Below are positions 63,047 through 64,000 of a DNA stretch of 64,000 nt, piece by piece. The DNA is taken from contig OX597835.1 of the NCBI GenBank assembly GCA_951406725.2, positions 28,024,001-28,088,000 on the forward strand, in the 5' to 3' direction. Positions within the stretch are counted from its first letter, which is position 1. Each line of letters opens with the position of its first letter. The DNA comes from Octopus vulgaris. Its lineage: Eukaryota. Made by a program: the position numbers and the translations under genes. The notes beneath the pieces were generated by a model. The model was not told the origin of the DNA and searched no databases. It saw only the letters and a list, made by a program, of their open reading frames with translations.

Positions 63047-64000
63047 GCTGGATGCCCTTCCTGTCACCGACCCTCATATGTTCCCAGCAAGGTAACATAC
63101 TTTTCTGCTCTAGGTACAAGACCCAAAATTTTTGGAAAGTGGGGCCAATTGATTAAAGTGACCCCGGTATGCAACTGGCAAGCTGGATGCTCTTCATGTC
63201 ACCCACCCTCATGTGCTCCTAGCAAGGTAATATACTTTTGTAGTCAAGGCACAAAGCCCAAAACTTTTGGAAAATGGGGCCAGTTGATTAGAGCGACCCC
63301 AATACACAACTTGCAGGCTGGATGCCCTTCATGTCACCAACCCTCATGTGTTCCCAGCAAGGTAATATACTTTTCTGCTCTAGGCACAAGGCCCAAAATT
63401 TTTGGGAAGTGGGGCCAGTTGATTAGAGCGACCCCAATACACAACTTGCAGGCTGGATGCCCTTCATGTCACCAACCCTCATGTGTTCGCAGCAAGGTAA
63501 TATACTTTTCTGCTCTAGGCACAAGGCCCAAAATTTTGGGGAAGTGGGGCCAATTGATTAGAGTGACCCTGGTAGCGCAACTGGCAGGCTGGATGCCCTT
63601 CATGTCACCAACCCTCATGTGTTCGCAGCAAGATAATATACTTTTCTGTTCTAGGCACAAGACCCGAAAGTTTTGGAAAGTGAGGCCAGTTGATTAGAGC
63701 GACCCCGGCACACAACTGGCAGGTCAGATGCCCTTCATGTCACCAACCCTCATGTGTTCCCAGCAAGGTAATATACTTTTCTGCTCTAGGCACAAGGCCC
63801 AGAATTTTTGGGAAGTGGGGCCAGTTGATTAGAACGAACCCAGTACGCAGCTGGCAGGCTGGATGCCCTTCATGTCACCGACCTTCATGTGTTCCCAGCA
63901 AGGTAATATACTTTTCTGCTCTAGGCACAAGGCCCAGAATTTTTGGGAAGTGGGGCCAGTTGATTAGAACGAACCCAGTACGCAGCTGGCAGGCTGGATG
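63047..64000. repeat. ~135-bp tandem satellite, at least 7 units, running off the window end
   Basis: GCTGGATGC recurs at 63047, 63182, 63317, 63452, 63588 and onward. The unit fuses a family D-like segment with the SINE B tail. Confidence 0.95.

Noticed and set aside
63044-63697. Multi-heme cytochrome-like CxxCH repeats
   Set aside because: CPSCH comes from the retroelement motif GGATGCCCTTCATGTCAC in a 135-bp satellite; one unit shifts frame; no signal peptide.

Overview
This is repeat-saturated eukaryotic DNA. The SINE and microsatellite make-up strongly suggests an octopus or other coleoid cephalopod; that assignment is recognition, not a database result. There is no intact long protein-coding ORF, and almost all ORF-track entries are microsatellite or SINE read-throughs. 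The window contains three tRNA-headed SINE families, 5'-truncated RTE and CR1-group LINE pieces, mariner/Tc1, hAT, Merlin/IS1595-like and Helitron remnants, very long (TA)n/(GATA)n tracts and two tandem arrays. It also has candidate first exons of two divergently transcribed host genes (41892-41911 minus; ATG|GT at 45404 plus) and a 30-nt minus-strand microexon at 7858-7887. The main unexplained signal is about 10 complete or half type-I hammerhead ribozyme motifs from several unrelated sequence families. They have palindromic or near-palindromic stems III, sit in short elements that mostly abut (TA)n or (TG)n tracts, and all five local fold-backs in the window contain hammerhead sequence. One lies just downstream of a Penelope-like GIY-YIG remnant. 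Together these suggest a diverse population of non-autonomous, ribozyme-bearing Penelope-derived elements. Repeat boundaries were read by eye and may be off by a few to tens of bases.
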